In this document: positions 1 through 9,784 of the stretch, piece by piece
Position numbering within the stretch: the stretch's first letter is position 1
Layout: the number at the start of each line of letters is the position of its first letter
Source: Thermoanaerobaculia bacterium
GTDB lineage: Bacteria > Acidobacteriota > Thermoanaerobaculia > Gp7-AA8
DNA: 64,000 nucleotides
Direction: 5' to 3'
Assembly (NCBI GenBank): GCA_036522835.1
Contig: DATDFB010000296.1
Span: forward strand, 1,351 to 65,350
Notes under the pieces: generated by a model
Database searches by the model: none
The model's input: only the letters and a program-made list of their open reading frames with translations
What the model was told of the DNA's origin: nothing
Translations under genes and position numbers: made by a program

Positions 1-3000
1 ACCTGGCCGTTGTTGTTCATCGGCGCGTTGATGGTTGCGCCCGCGCCGGCGCTGACCGTGCCCTGGTTGTCGATCGTGCCCGAGCCGGAGATCGCGCTGT
101 TCACGCTGAGCGTGCCGGCGTTCTGCAGCGTACGGCCGCTCAGCGTGACCGCGCCGTTGATGCTCAAGGTCTTCGACGAGGGGTTCGCGGTCGTGCCGCT
201 GCCGCTCATCGTGCCGCCGGACCAGTTGCCGCCGTTGGTGAGCGTGAGCGTGCCGCTGCCGCCGAGCGTGCCGCCGTTCATGCTGAAGGCGTCCGCCGCC
301 GCGGCGGCGTTGAGCGTGGCCGTGCCGCCGGTGACGCTCAGCGTGGCCACGTTGATCGGGACGCCGACGGTGGCCGTGGCGCCGCTGAAGAGGAGCGTGC
401 CGCTGCCGCCGATGGAGCCGCCGCCGCTGACCGTGTGCGTGCCGGCGCCGAAGGCGAGCGTGCCCGGCGCGGTGGCGGTGAGGGAGCCGGTGTACGCGCC
501 GCCGCCCGAGAGCGTCAGGACGTTGCTGGTGGTGATCGCGCCGGCGCCGTTGACGATCGCGCCGATGCTGCAGTCGGCGGCGGTGGTGAGCGTGCCGTTG
601 TTGGCGATCGTGCCGTTGCCGGCGACGTTGGCGCTCAGCGTGAGCGTGCCGTCGTTCTGGAGCGTGCGTCCGCCGAGCGTGACCGGAGCGGTGACGCCGA
701 GCGCCGCTTGATTGACCGTCACGCCGCTCCCGCTCATCGTCCCGCCGGACCACGTGCCGCCGTTGGGGAGGGTGAGCGTGCCGCCGCCGCCGAGCGTGCC
801 GCCGGTCATGGTGAAGGCGCTCGCGGAGGCGGTGCCGTCGAGCGCGGCGGTGCCGGCGGTGACGCTGAGGGTGGCCACGTTGACGGGGACGCCGACGGTG
901 GCTGTGGCGCCGTTGAATGACACGGTGCCGGTGCCGCCGATCGAGCCGCCGCCGCTCAGGGTGTGCGTGCCGCCGGAAAAGGCGATGCTGCCGGGCGCCG
1001 TGGCGGTGAACACGCCGCCGCTGTGCGTGCCGCCTCCGCTGAGCGACAGGGCGTTGCTCGTGGCGACCTGGCCGCCGTTGTTGACGAGGACGCCGACGGT
1101 GACGTTCGCGCCGGCGTTGAGCGTGCCGTTGTTGGCGAGCGTGCCCGATCCGCTGATGTCCGCGCCGAGGCTCAGCGTGCCGTCGTTTTGCAGCGTGCGC
1201 GTGTTGAGCGTGACGGGGGCGGTGATGCCGAGGATCTTCGTCGTTGGGTTGAGCGTCGTGCCGCTGCCGCTCATCGTGCCGCCGGACCACGTGCCGCCGT
1301 TCGTCAGCGTGAACGTGCCGCTGCCGCCGAGCGTGCCGCCGCTCATGGTGAAGGCATTGGCCGAGCCGTTGGCATCGAGCGTCGCGTTGCCGGCCGTGAC
1401 GGAGAGCGTGGGGATGGTGAAAGGACTGCTGATGGTGACGGCCCCGCCAGTGAGCGCGATCGTGCCGGTGCCGCTCATCGCGCCGGCGACGCTGTACGTT
1501 CCCGACGGGAATGCGATGGCCGCGGGCGACGTGGCCACGACGTTGCCGCCGAGCGAGCCGCCGCCGGTGAGTGCGAGCGTGCCGCTGGTGGCGCTCACGG
1601 TTCCGGTGCTGTTGACGGTGGGGAAGAGCGTGGTCGTTCCGGAGCCGCCGTTCTTGGTGAGGGTGCCGTTGTTCGTGATCGTCCCGCCGCTGGAGACGTT
1701 GACGTTGCCGTCGACGGTCAGGTTGAGCGTGCCGTCGTTCTGGAGGACGCGGCCCTGGGCGAGCGATACCGCGCCGCCGGTGATGTTCAGCGTGTTCCCG
1801 GAGCCGATCTGCGTCGTGCCGCCCGGCGCGGTGGCGCTGCCCATGGTGCCGTTGGACCAGGCGCTCGTGCCGGTGAGGGTGAGCGTGCCGGCGCCGTCGA
1901 TCGTGCCACCTTGGAGCGTGACGTTCTTCGGCGCAATGGCGATGCCCGTGGGGACGCGCAGCGTTCCGCCGCTCACTTTGAAGTCGCCGTTCGCCGGAAA
2001 GGAGACGGAGCTGGAGTTGAAGAGAAAGACGCCGCCGGTGAGCTCGAGCGTCGTTCCCGGGTCGTAGTGGACGATCGCGCCGGCGGCCGGGACGGTCACG
2101 CCCGCGCCGACCCGCAGCGTCCCGGTCACGACTTTGAAGGAGCCGAACATCGTCACCGGGACGCCGATGGTGCTCGTGCCGGCCGTGGTGGTTTTCTCGA
2201 TGCAACCGTTGAATCCCGCCGCAAAGCCGCCGATGGTGATCGAGCTGGCCGCGCCGCCGCCATCGACGAAGTTGCCGTTGTTGCTGACGAAGAGAACCTT
2301 GCCGGGGTCGAGAATCAGGCTGCCGCCGTTGGAGAACGTGAGCGCATTACTGGAGGCGCTGTACGTCGACCAGGCCTGCATCTGCAGCGTGCCGCCGTCG
2401 AGCGCGCAGTTGCTCGCCGAACAGCTGATCGTCGGCACCGACGCGGCGTCCATCACCTTCGGTCCGCTTCCGCTGATCGTGCCGCCCGCCCAGGTGAAGT
2501 TGCCGCTCACGTGCAGCGTGCCGGCGCCCCCGATCGTCCCCGAGGAGAGGGAGACGTTGGACCAGGTGACGTTGGCGCCGCTGCTGACGTCGGCCGTTCC
2601 GCCGGCGATCGAGAGCGTGCCGCCGCCGGTGACGCTCGACCCATTGGCGACGGTGAGTGTGCCGCCGGTGAGGGCGAGCGTCGTGGAGATCGAATAGGTG
2701 CTTGCGGTGCTGCCGCCGCCGGCGAGCGCGAGGGTGCCGGTGGTGACAGCGACCGTTCCGGTGTTGTTGACGGTGGGAAAGAGCGTCGTCGTGCCCGAGC
2801 CGCCGTTCTTCGTCAGCGTGCCGCCGTTCGTGATCGTACCGCCGCTCGAGACATTGACGTTGCCGTCGACGGTGAGATTCATCGTGCCGTTGTTCAGCAC
2901 GTTGCGTCCCTGCGCGAGCGAGACGGCGGCGCCGGTGACGTTGAGCGTGTTGCCGGAGTTCACTTGCGTCGTACCGCCGGGCGCGGTGGCGCTTCCCATC

Positions 3001-6000
3001 GTGCCGCCGGACCAAGTGCTCGTGCCGGAGAGGATCAGCGTGCCGCCGCCGTCGATGACGCCGCTGCTCTGCAGCGTCACGTTCTTCGGGGAGGCGGTGA
3101 TGCCTGTCGGGACGCGCAGCGTTCCGCCGCTCACTTTGAAGTCGCCGCTGAACGGAAAGGAGACTCCGTTGGCGTTGACGAGAAACACGCCGCCGGCGAG
3201 TTCGAGCGTCGCTCCAGGACGGTAATCGACGATCGCGGTGTTCGCGATGACGCTCACGCCGGCGGTGACCTGGAGCGTTCCGGTTTGGACTAAGAAGGAT
3301 CCCGACATCGTCACCGGGACTCCGATCACGGTCGTGCCCGAGGTCGTCGTTTTCCAGATGCACGCATTGAATCCCGCTGCAAACCCGCCGATCTGAATGG
3401 AGCTGGGAGCTCCGCCGCCGTCGACGAAGTCGCCGTCGTTGGTGACTTCGATGGTCTGGCCGGGATCGAGAATGAAGGTGGCGCCGTTGGAGAAGACGAG
3501 CGCGTTGCTCGAGGCGCTGTAGGTCGAGAAGGTCTGCATCCGGAGCGTGCCGCCGTCGAGCATGCAGTTGCCCGCGGAACAACTGATGGTCGGCACCGAC
3601 GTTCCGGTCATCACCCTAGGGCCGCTTCCCGTGATCGTGCCGCCGGACCAGTTGAAATTGCCGCTGACGCGCAGCGTTCCGGCGCCGTCGATCTTCGAGC
3701 CGGCGGCGGTGAGGCTGACGTTCGGCCATGTGACGTCGACGCCGTTGTCCAGGAGGAGCGTACCTCCGGCGTTGAGCGTGCCGGCGAGCGTGGCGTTGCC
3801 GGTGAGCTCCAGCCTGCCGGTGAGCGTGGTCGTGCCGGAGACGGAGGCCGTGGCCGGAAGGGCCACGATGCCGCTGCTGCCGCTGATGGTGACGCTGGTG
3901 AAGTTGCCGCTCTGGTTGAAGGCCAGCGTGCCGGAGTCCGCCTGCAGCGTGGAGCCGCCGTTCGAGTCCGTCGGAATGTTGATGACGCTGATGCCGCTGC
4001 CGGCGCTCTTCTTGATCGTGCCCGTGCTGTTCACGATGTGCGGTGCGCCGCTGAAGGCCGACAGGCCTGCGTCGCTCTGAAAGTCGATCGTGCCGTCATT
4101 CGTGACGGTGACGGCGTCGAACATGCCGCATCCGAAGGCGTTGGAGGGGAAATTGATCCGGCCGCCGCTGTTGACTGTGGTGTTGATTGCGATCCAGGCG
4201 GCGCTGTCGGTCCCGCGGCAGTTCAGAATGCCGCCGCTGTTGATGGTCATCGTTCCGTTGCCGGAGAGATGGCCGCCGTAGTGCTCGATCGTGCCGGAGA
4301 CGGAGAACGCCGACGAATTCTGCAGCGACGCGTCCCTCACGTTGACCGTGCCGGCGGAGAAGGTCACCGGCGCGGTGATGGCCAGCAAGTCGATTCCGCC
4401 GCCCGGGCCGTCGCCGACGTCCATGGTCGCGCCGGAGATCGAGACGCTCCCTGCACCGCCGATGGTGGGGCCGCCGAGCATCGTGAAGACGCCGCTGGCG
4501 AAGGCCAGAGTCGCGCCGGAGGCGACGGTGAAGGCGCCGCGCTCCGTGCCGCCGCCGGCGAGCGCGATGGTGCCGGCGCTGACGCTCACCGTGCCGCCGC
4601 TCTTGTTGTCGAGCGGCGGAGAGATCGTGGTCGTTCCGGGGCCAGTGGTCTTGGTGATGGTGCCGTTGTTCTCGATGAGGGCGCCGGCGGAGAGGTTGAT
4701 GTTGCCGCTGCTGGCGGTGAGGTTGAACGCGTTGTTGTTGGTGATCTTGCCGTTGGCGGACATCGTCAGCGGGCTCACGGTCGTGCCGGCGTAGTTGATC
4801 GTTCCGGCGTTGATCAATTCGCGCGACTGGGTGAGCGATTGCGCGCCACCGGCGGTGATGCTCAAGGTGTTGCCGGAGTTGATCTGCGTCGTGCCGCCCG
4901 CCGCGGTGACGCTTCCCATCGTGCCGCCGGACCAGGTGCTCGTGCCGGAGAGGATCAGCGTGCCGCCGCCGTCGATGACGCCGCCCGTCTGCAGCGTCAC
5001 GTTCTTCGGGGAGGCGGTGATGCCGGTCGGGACGCGCAGCGTTCCGCCGCTGATCTTAAAGTCGCCGCTGAACGGAAAGGAGACCCCGTTGGCGTTGATG
5101 AGAAACACGCCGCCCGCGACTTCGAGCGTCGCTCCCGGGCGGTAATCGAGGATCGCGGTGGCCAAGACGACGGTCACGCCGGCGGTGACCCGGAGCGTTC
5201 CGGTTTCGACTAAAAAGGATCCCGACACCGTCACCGGGACGTTGATGATGCTCGTGCCGGAGGTCGTCCATTTTCGAATCAAGGCGTTGAAACCCATCAC
5301 AGGCCCGCCGATGACGATCGAGCTTGCGGCGCCGCCGCCGTCGTTGAAGTTGCCGTCATTGGTCACGTCGAGCCCTTTGCCGGGGTCGAGGATCAGGCTG
5401 GCGCCGTTGGACATCACGAGCGCGTTGCTGGAGGCGCTGTATAACGTCGCGGTGGCCTGAAGCTGCAGCGTCGCGCCGTTGAGGTTGCAGGGTCCGAGGG
5501 AGCAATCGATGGTCGGCGTCGACGTGCTGGTCAACACTTTCGTGCCGCTGCCGCTGATCGTGCCGGCCGACCAGGTGAAATTGCCGCTCACCTGCACCGT
5601 GCCGGCGCCGGTGATCGTCCCGAGGGCGAGGAGGAGGTTCGGGATGGTGACGTTGACGCCGGCGTCGAGCGTCGCCCCGACCACGGCGAGCGTGCCGTTG
5701 GCTCCGGTGACCGTCGCGCTGCCGCTCATGGTGAATGTGTTGCCGTTGGGGCCGAGACGGATCTGGGTGCCGGAAAAGATCGAGAAGATGCCGCTGTCGG
5801 TGCCGCCGCCGTTGAGGTAGAGGTGGCCGATTTGCGTCTCGACCGTCGCCCCGGCCGCATTGTTGACGATGAGGTCGATCCCCATGGGAGCGCTGTTGGT
5901 CGTTTTCCGGATCACGCCGGGGCTGTTGTTGTTGATCGTGGGCGTTCCCCCGCTGACGAGGAGGCCCTGGCCGTTCTGAATGTCGATGGTGCCGGTGTTG

Positions 6001-7175
6001 GTGATCGTGTTGCCGTTGAAGTTGGTCGCCGCCGTGCTGGTGTTGAGGAAGTTGATCGTGCCTTGGTTGGTGATGTCGCGGGAGATGGTTTTCACGGCGC
6101 TGGCCCCGATGTTCAGCACGCCGCCGCTGTTGATGAACAGCTGTCCGCTGCCCGAGATCGTGCCGTCGGTGGAGTTGAAATTGCCGCTCACCCGCACGAT
6201 TCCTGCGCCGGTGATCGTTCCTCCGGACAGGGTGACGTTGGTCCAGCTGACGTCGACGCCGGAGCCGGCATCGAACGTCGCGCCGCTGTTGACGGTCAGC
6301 GACGGGCTCCCCGCCGCCGTGAACGCGCCGGAGAAGTGGAGGGTATTGTTTCCGGATGCGACCGAGTAGGCGCCGTGCAGGGCCCCGCCGTTGTTGAGAT
6401 CGAGCCTGCCGGAGCTCACCTGGATCGAGGCGCCGCTGCCGTTGTTGACCGGAACGTTGATGGCCGCGGTGCCGCTGCCGGCGCTCTTCTGGATCACGCT
6501 GCCGCTGTTGTTGCTGATGAAAGAGCCCGTGCCCGAGGGATCGATGTTGTGGTCAGACTGAAGGTCGATCGTGCCGTCGTTGCCGAGGTGGGCACTGTCG
6601 AGCAGGAATCCCACTGCGCTGTTGCTCTGCAACGTAATCGTGCCGCCGGCGTTGTTGGTGACCGTGCGGGAGATGGTAATGACTGAGCCGCTGCCGGTGG
6701 ACCCGATGTCCAGATTGCCGCCGCTGTTGATGATCAGATTTCCGCTGCCGTCGATCGTGCAGTTGCCGTGAATACCGGCTGTTCCGTTCACGGTCAGATT
6801 TCCGGCGCCGTGCCAGATCCCGCCTGTAGGGTTCGCACCGACGAGGTTCAGCGTTCCGCCGGCGTCGATGGTGCTCGAGTTGGTCACGGTGAGAGCCTGG
6901 CCGCCCTCGACCCTGAGCGTTGCGCCGTTCTGGATCGTGATGCTCTTGACGGTCGGACTCGTCGTATCGACGCTGGCCGTGCCGGAGCCGGCGTTGGCGA
7001 TGATGACGTCGTCGCTGCTGGTGGGCAGTGAGCTGGGGGTCCAGTTGGAGGAATTGCTCCAACTGTCGTTGACGCTGCCGTTCCAGGTCTTCGTCGTACT
7101 GAAGGCAGGACAGGAAACCAGCACGACCGCCAATACAGCGGTGGCGCGCACGAAGGCACGAATGCGAATGCTCAT
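1..7175 (-). CDS. Giant secreted beta-helix / adhesin-like repeat protein, N-terminal part only (at least 2391 codons; runs off the left edge)
   Basis: Missing from the ORF track because this frame has no stop in the window. Hand translation of the minus strand from ATG at 7175-7173 gives MSIRIRAFVRATAVLAVVLVSCPAFSTTKTWNGSVNDSWSNSSNWTPSS. That is a signal peptide followed by the W-x-G...NW opening seen in autotransporter-associated beta-strand (PATR-like) proteins. Spot translations at 60-300, 2385-2445, 3541-3600 and 5470-5530 stay open and are G/T/S/N-rich (e.g. GGTLGGSGTLTLTNGGNWSGGTMSGSGTT). All listed minus ORFs in 1-7175 are in the other two frames. The plus-strand ORFs are P/V/A-rich mirror images. 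Confidence 0.8.
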   Translation of the reverse strand, partial: MSIRIRAFVRATAVLAVVLVSCPAFSTTKTWNGSVNDSWSNSSNWTPSSLPTSSDDVIIANAGSGTASVDTTSPTVKSITIQNGATLRVEGGQALTVTNSSTIDAGGTLNLVGANPTGGIWHGAGNLTVNGTAGIHGNCTIDGSGNLIINSGGNLDIGSTGSGSVITISRTVTNNAGGTITLQSNSAVGFLLDSAHLGNDGTIDLQSDHNIDPSGTGSFISNNSGSVIQKSAGSGTAAINVPVNNGSGASIQVSSGRLDLNNGGALHGAYSVASGNNTLHFSGAFTAAGSPSLTVNSGATFDAGSGVDVSWTNVTLSGGTITGAGIVRVSGNFNSTDGTISGSGQLFINSGGVLNIGASAVKTISRDITNQGTINFLNTSTAATNFNGNTITNTGTIDIQNGQGLLVSGGTPTINNNSPGVIRKTTNSAPMGIDLIVNNAAGATVETQIGHLYLNGGGTDSGIFSIFSGTQIRLGPNGNTFTMSGSATVTGANGTLAVVGATLDAGVNVTIPNLLLALGTITGAGTVQVSGNFTWSAGTISGSGTKVLTSTSTPTIDCSLGPCNLNGATLQLQATATLYSASSNALVMSNGASLILDPGKGLDVTNDGNFNDGGGAASSIVIGGPVMGFNALIRKWTTSGTSIINVPVTVSGSFLVETGTLRVTAGVTVVLATAILDYRPGATLEVAGGVFLINANGVSFPFSGDFKISGGTLRVPTGITASPKNVTLQTGGVIDGGGTLILSGTSTWSGGTMGSVTAAGGTTQINSGNTLSITAGGAQSLTQSRELINAGTINYAGTTVSPLTMSANGKITNNNAFNLTASSGNINLSAGALIENNGTITKTTGPGTTTISPPLDNKSGGTVSVSAGTIALAGGGTERGAFTVASGATLAFASGVFTMLGGPTIGGAGSVSISGATMDVGDGPGGGIDLLAITAPVTFSAGTVNVRDASLQNSSAFSVSGTIEHYGGHLSGNGTMTINSGGILNCRGTDSAAWIAINTTVNSGGRINFPSNAFGCGMFDAVTVTNDGTIDFQSDAGLSAFSGAPHIVNSTGTIKKSAGSGISVINIPTDSNGGSTLQADSGTLAFNQSGNFTSVTISGSSGIVALPATASVSGTTTLTGRLELTGNATLAGTLNAGGTLLLDNGVDVTWPNVSLTAAGSKIDGAGTLRVSGNFNWSGGTITGSGPRVMTGTSVPTISCSAGNCMLDGGTLRMQTFSTYSASSNALVFSNGATFILDPGQTIEVTNDGDFVDGGGAPSSIQIGGFAAGFNACIWKTTTSGTTVIGVPVTMSGSFLVQTGTLQVTAGVSVIANTAIVDYRPGATLELAGGVFLVNANGVSFPFSGDFKVSGGTLRVPTGITASPKNVTLQSSGVIDGGGTLILSGTSTWSGGTMGSATAPGGTTQVNSGNTLNVTGAAVSLAQGRNVLNNGTMNLTVDGNVNVSSGGTITNGGTLTKNGGSGTTTLFPTVNNTGTVAVTTGTLALAGGGSTASTYSISTTLALTGGTLTVANGSSVTGGGTLSIAGGTADVSSGANVTWSNVSLSSGTIGGAGTLHVSGNFTWAGGTISGSGPKVMDAASVPTISCSASNCALDGGTLQMQAWSTYSASSNALTFSNGGSLILDPGKVLFVSNNGNFVDGGGAASSITIGGFAAGFNGCIEKTTTAGTSTIGVPVTMFGSFKVVTGTLRVGAGVTVPAAGAIVHYDPGTTLELTGGVFLFNSSSVSFPANGDFKVSGGTLRVPTGIAIAPKNVTLQGGTIDGAGTLTLTGTSAWSNGTMGSATAPGGTTQIGSGNTLNITGGAVSLAQGRVLQNDGTLNLTVDGNVNVSSGGTITNNGTLTKNGGSGTTTLFPTVNSTGTVSATSGTLALTGGGSLGGNVVATSPAAIAFPSGTYSVAGAMSGTGTIALTGGAVTISSPFTIPTLSVTAGNATLDANGSANAFTMSGGTLGGSGTFTLTNGGTWSGGTMSGSGTTLNPTTKILGITAPVTLNTRTLQNDGTLSLGADISGSGTLANNGTLNAGANVTVGVLVNNGGQVATSNALSLSGGGTHSGGVFTATAPGSIAFSGGTHTLSGGGSIGGTGTVSFNGATATVGVPVNVATLSVTAGTAALDGTASASAFTMTGGTLGGGGTLTLPNGGTWSGGTMSGSGVTVNQAALGVTAPVTLGGRTLQNDGTLTLSANVAGNGTIANNGTLTTAADCSIGAIVNGAGAITTSNVLTLSGGGAYTGSLTATAPGTLAFGAGTHTVSGGGSIGGSGTLLFSGATATVGVPINVATLSVTGGTATLNAAAAADAFSMNGGTLGGSGTLTLTNGGNWSGGTMSGSGTTANPSSKTLSINGAVTLSGRTLQNAGTLSVNSAISGSGTIDNQGTVSAGAGATINAPMNNNGQ

Positions 7176-7231
7176 TGGGGACCGACCCGTTCGATTGCCG
7201 AATTGCTGAATTATTAGTGTACGCCGATTTT

Positions 7232-9784
7232 TTACTTCATCCTGTAAATGATTCGGGCACTGACCGTCCTGCCGGCCTGCAGGACGCTCGGCAGCGTCTC
7301 CGATCCCACCACCCAATACTGCTTGTTGAGAACGTTGTCGGCCAGGAGCTGCATCGTCACGTTCGGCAGGAGATCGCGGTAGGTCAGCGTCACGGCCGTC
7401 GTCGCGTAGGCGTCGACGGAGCGCACGCCGAGGAAGTCGGGATCGATGATGAAGCCCGTGCCCTGGCCGACCTTTCGGGCCCCCGAGTAGTGCGTCCGCA
7501 CCGCCGCCGTCAGCTGGCGCCACTCCGCGTCGACGCCGATGTTGAACTGATTTCCGGCCATGTTCGGCACGCGCACGATCTCGGTCTCGCCCGGAGTCAC
7601 CAGCGTCGGCACGCTCTGCACGGCCTGCGTGTGCGTGTAATTCGCCCAGAGCGTCGCGACGGAGAACTTGTGCCGGCCCGTCAGCTCTAGGCCGCGCACG
7701 TGCACCTGGTCGCGGTTTCCGTTCTGCAGGCAAGGGAAGGGGCACTTCGACGTCTCCGGGACCTCCGTCAAGGCGATCACGCCGCTGTAGTGGGACTCGT
7801 AGAGCGAGAGCTCCGTGGACGTCGACTCGTCCGGCTCCCATTGGCCGGAGAGCTCCGTGTTGCGCACGCGCTCCGGGCGCAAGTCGAAGTTGGTCGCCGA
7901 CTGCAGGCTGTAGCGGGGGAAGACATAGCCGCCGAATTTCTCCGTGTCCGTCGGATCCTTGAACGCCTCCGAATAGATCGCCTTCAGCACCAGATGCCGC
8001 TTGCCCGGCATGTAGATCACGCCGAGGCGAGGGGTGAAGATCGAGCCGAAGCCGGAGACTTCGCTCCGCTCGCTGTTGTTGATCTCGTTGTGGCTGAGCC
8101 GCCCGGCGGCGATGAATCGCAGCCACGGCCGCGGCTTCCACGAGCCTTGTCCCCACAGCGCGGCGTCGGTGTGGTAGTTGAAGCCGGAGTTGATGGCGAT
8201 CTTGCCGTCGACGAATTGATCGTATTGGGTCTGAATGGAGCTCTTGGCGAATTCGACGCCGGCCACGCCGCTCAGCGTCTCTCCCGGCTGAAAGGCCATG
8301 GTGATCTCGTTGCGGATCTGCGTCGAAAGGGCCCGGCCGTTGATGTGGAGCACGCTATCGTCGTTCGGCGGGCGATCCGGCGCATTGCACGACCGGCCGC
8401 AGAGGTCCCTGGCGTCGTTGTAGCCGTTCGCATACGTGCCGATGCTGTCGAATTCCGAGGCTTTGCGGTCGATGCTCGATTGCCGGTAGCGCGTGAAGAC
8501 GGTCAGCGTTCCGGCTGACAGGCGCGCCGAATAGCGGGCGTAGAGCGCCGTCTCCTCCGGCGTGTAGGTGGTGTTGCCGGCGAACGGGAGCGCGCCGTAC
8601 GCGGAAGCGACGCCTTCTTCGCTGCGCCACGACTGCAGTCCGAGCGTGAGATTGGAGACCTGCACCTTGGCGTTGATGCCCCAGTTCGTGGCCCGGTCGT
8701 CGAACCCGAGACGGTTCAGGGCGATGAACGCGGCGTCGGTCTGGCGCGCCAGCTCGACGCGCGACTGCGGGATGCCCAGCGCGGCGTAATCGACGTTGCG
8801 GTAGGTGTAGTCCCACGTGTCGAAGCCGGAGAGGTCGCGCTCTCTTCCTTTCTGAAAGCTTCCCGCCAGCGACCACGAGACCGCGCCGCCGCTGGCCGCG
8901 CCGGCCATGGTCATGTCGACCGAGCGGTTGCCGTAGCCGCCGGCCGTGGCGTGCCCGAGAAGGGCGAAGCGCTTCTCGCCCAGGAAGGTGCCGGCGTCCT
9001 TGGTGATCACGTTGATCACGCCCGTGTAGGCGTTCGCGCCGTACATCGTCGAGGCCGGACCGTAGATGACCTCGACGCGGTCGATGTCGGTGAGCGGGTA
9101 TTGCCGCGAGAGATACTCCGTCCCCTGCGTGAGGTCGTTCTGCTCGACGCCGTCGACGAGGAGCAGCAGGCGGCTGTTGAATTCGTCGTAGTAGCCGCGC
9201 TGGTAGACGTGCGCGTAGATGTCGCCGTTGGTGCGGTTGACGTCGAAGCCGGGGAGGTCGTGGAGGATCTGCTCGAGGTCGAGATAGCCGCGGCGCTCGA
9301 TCTCGTCGCCGGTGACGACGACGACGGTGGCCGGGGCCTCGCGCAGGCTCTCCGCGCTCTTCGACACGGACGTGACCTGCGTGGCCTGCTCCTCTTTCCG
9401 CACCTCGGACAGGAGCGCCGCGAAGCGCGCCGAGCCGGCGGTGTCGTCGAAGCCCGGCTCGATCCGGAGCAGCTTCGAGATCTCTTTGCGCGCTTCCTCC
9501 GGACGCTCGTCATACATGAGCGAGCGGGCCAAAAGCGACTGCACTTGAACCGAGACGGTGCGCGAGAGCTTGGCGTGCGCGCAATCCTGGCGCAGCAGCG
9601 CGGCCGCCTGCGCGAAGTCGCCGGCGTCGTAGAACCGCTGCGCCTGCAGCAGCGACGCCGTGCAGGCGTTTTGGGCCGCGGCGACGTGCGCGAGGAGGAG
9701 AACGGCCGCGGCGAAGCAGAAATAGATCCTTCTCCCCGCCGCCCGGGGAGAAGGTGCCGCGAAGCGGCGGATGAGGGGCGCCAT
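7232..9784 (-). CDS. TonB-dependent outer-membrane receptor with a roughly 100-aa TPR-like N-terminal extension
   Basis: This is the C-terminal 850 codons of ORF 7232..12586. Start ATG 9784 gives MAPLIRRFAAPSPRAAGRRIYFCFAAAVLLLAHVAAAQN (signal peptide). It is the only start codon upstream of the hydrophobic core. Plug-like region: SLREAPATVVVVTGDEIERRGYLDLEQILHDLPGFDV ... IDRVEVIYGPASTMYGANAYTGVINVITK. A long beta-barrel-like C-terminal part follows. Confidence 0.85.
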   Translation of the reverse strand: MAPLIRRFAAPSPRAAGRRIYFCFAAAVLLLAHVAAAQNACTASLLQAQRFYDAGDFAQAAALLRQDCAHAKLSRTVSVQVQSLLARSLMYDERPEEARKEISKLLRIEPGFDDTAGSARFAALLSEVRKEEQATQVTSVSKSAESLREAPATVVVVTGDEIERRGYLDLEQILHDLPGFDVNRTNGDIYAHVYQRGYYDEFNSRLLLLVDGVEQNDLTQGTEYLSRQYPLTDIDRVEVIYGPASTMYGANAYTGVINVITKDAGTFLGEKRFALLGHATAGGYGNRSVDMTMAGAASGGAVSWSLAGSFQKGRERDLSGFDTWDYTYRNVDYAALGIPQSRVELARQTDAAFIALNRLGFDDRATNWGINAKVQVSNLTLGLQSWRSEEGVASAYGALPFAGNTTYTPEETALYARYSARLSAGTLTVFTRYRQSSIDRKASEFDSIGTYANGYNDARDLCGRSCNAPDRPPNDDSVLHINGRALSTQIRNEITMAFQPGETLSGVAGVEFAKSSIQTQYDQFVDGKIAINSGFNYHTDAALWGQGSWKPRPWLRFIAAGRLSHNEINNSERSEVSGFGSIFTPRLGVIYMPGKRHLVLKAIYSEAFKDPTDTEKFGGYVFPRYSLQSATNFDLRPERVRNTELSGQWEPDESTSTELSLYESHYSGVIALTEVPETSKCPFPCLQNGNRDQVHVRGLELTGRHKFSVATLWANYTHTQAVQSVPTLVTPGETEIVRVPNMAGNQFNIGVDAEWRQLTAAVRTHYSGARKVGQGTGFIIDPDFLGVRSVDAYATTAVTLTYRDLLPNVTMQLLADNVLNKQYWVVGSETLPSVLQAGRTVSARIIYRMK

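Noticed and set aside
10-7209. Plus-strand ORFs over the first 7 kb (233-776 aa; P/V/A-rich or R/A/G-rich)
   Set aside because: They are mirror-frame artefacts of the Gly/Thr/Ser/Asn-rich minus-strand giant gene. They have no starts with ribosome-binding sites, no domain signatures, and overlap one another in all three frames.
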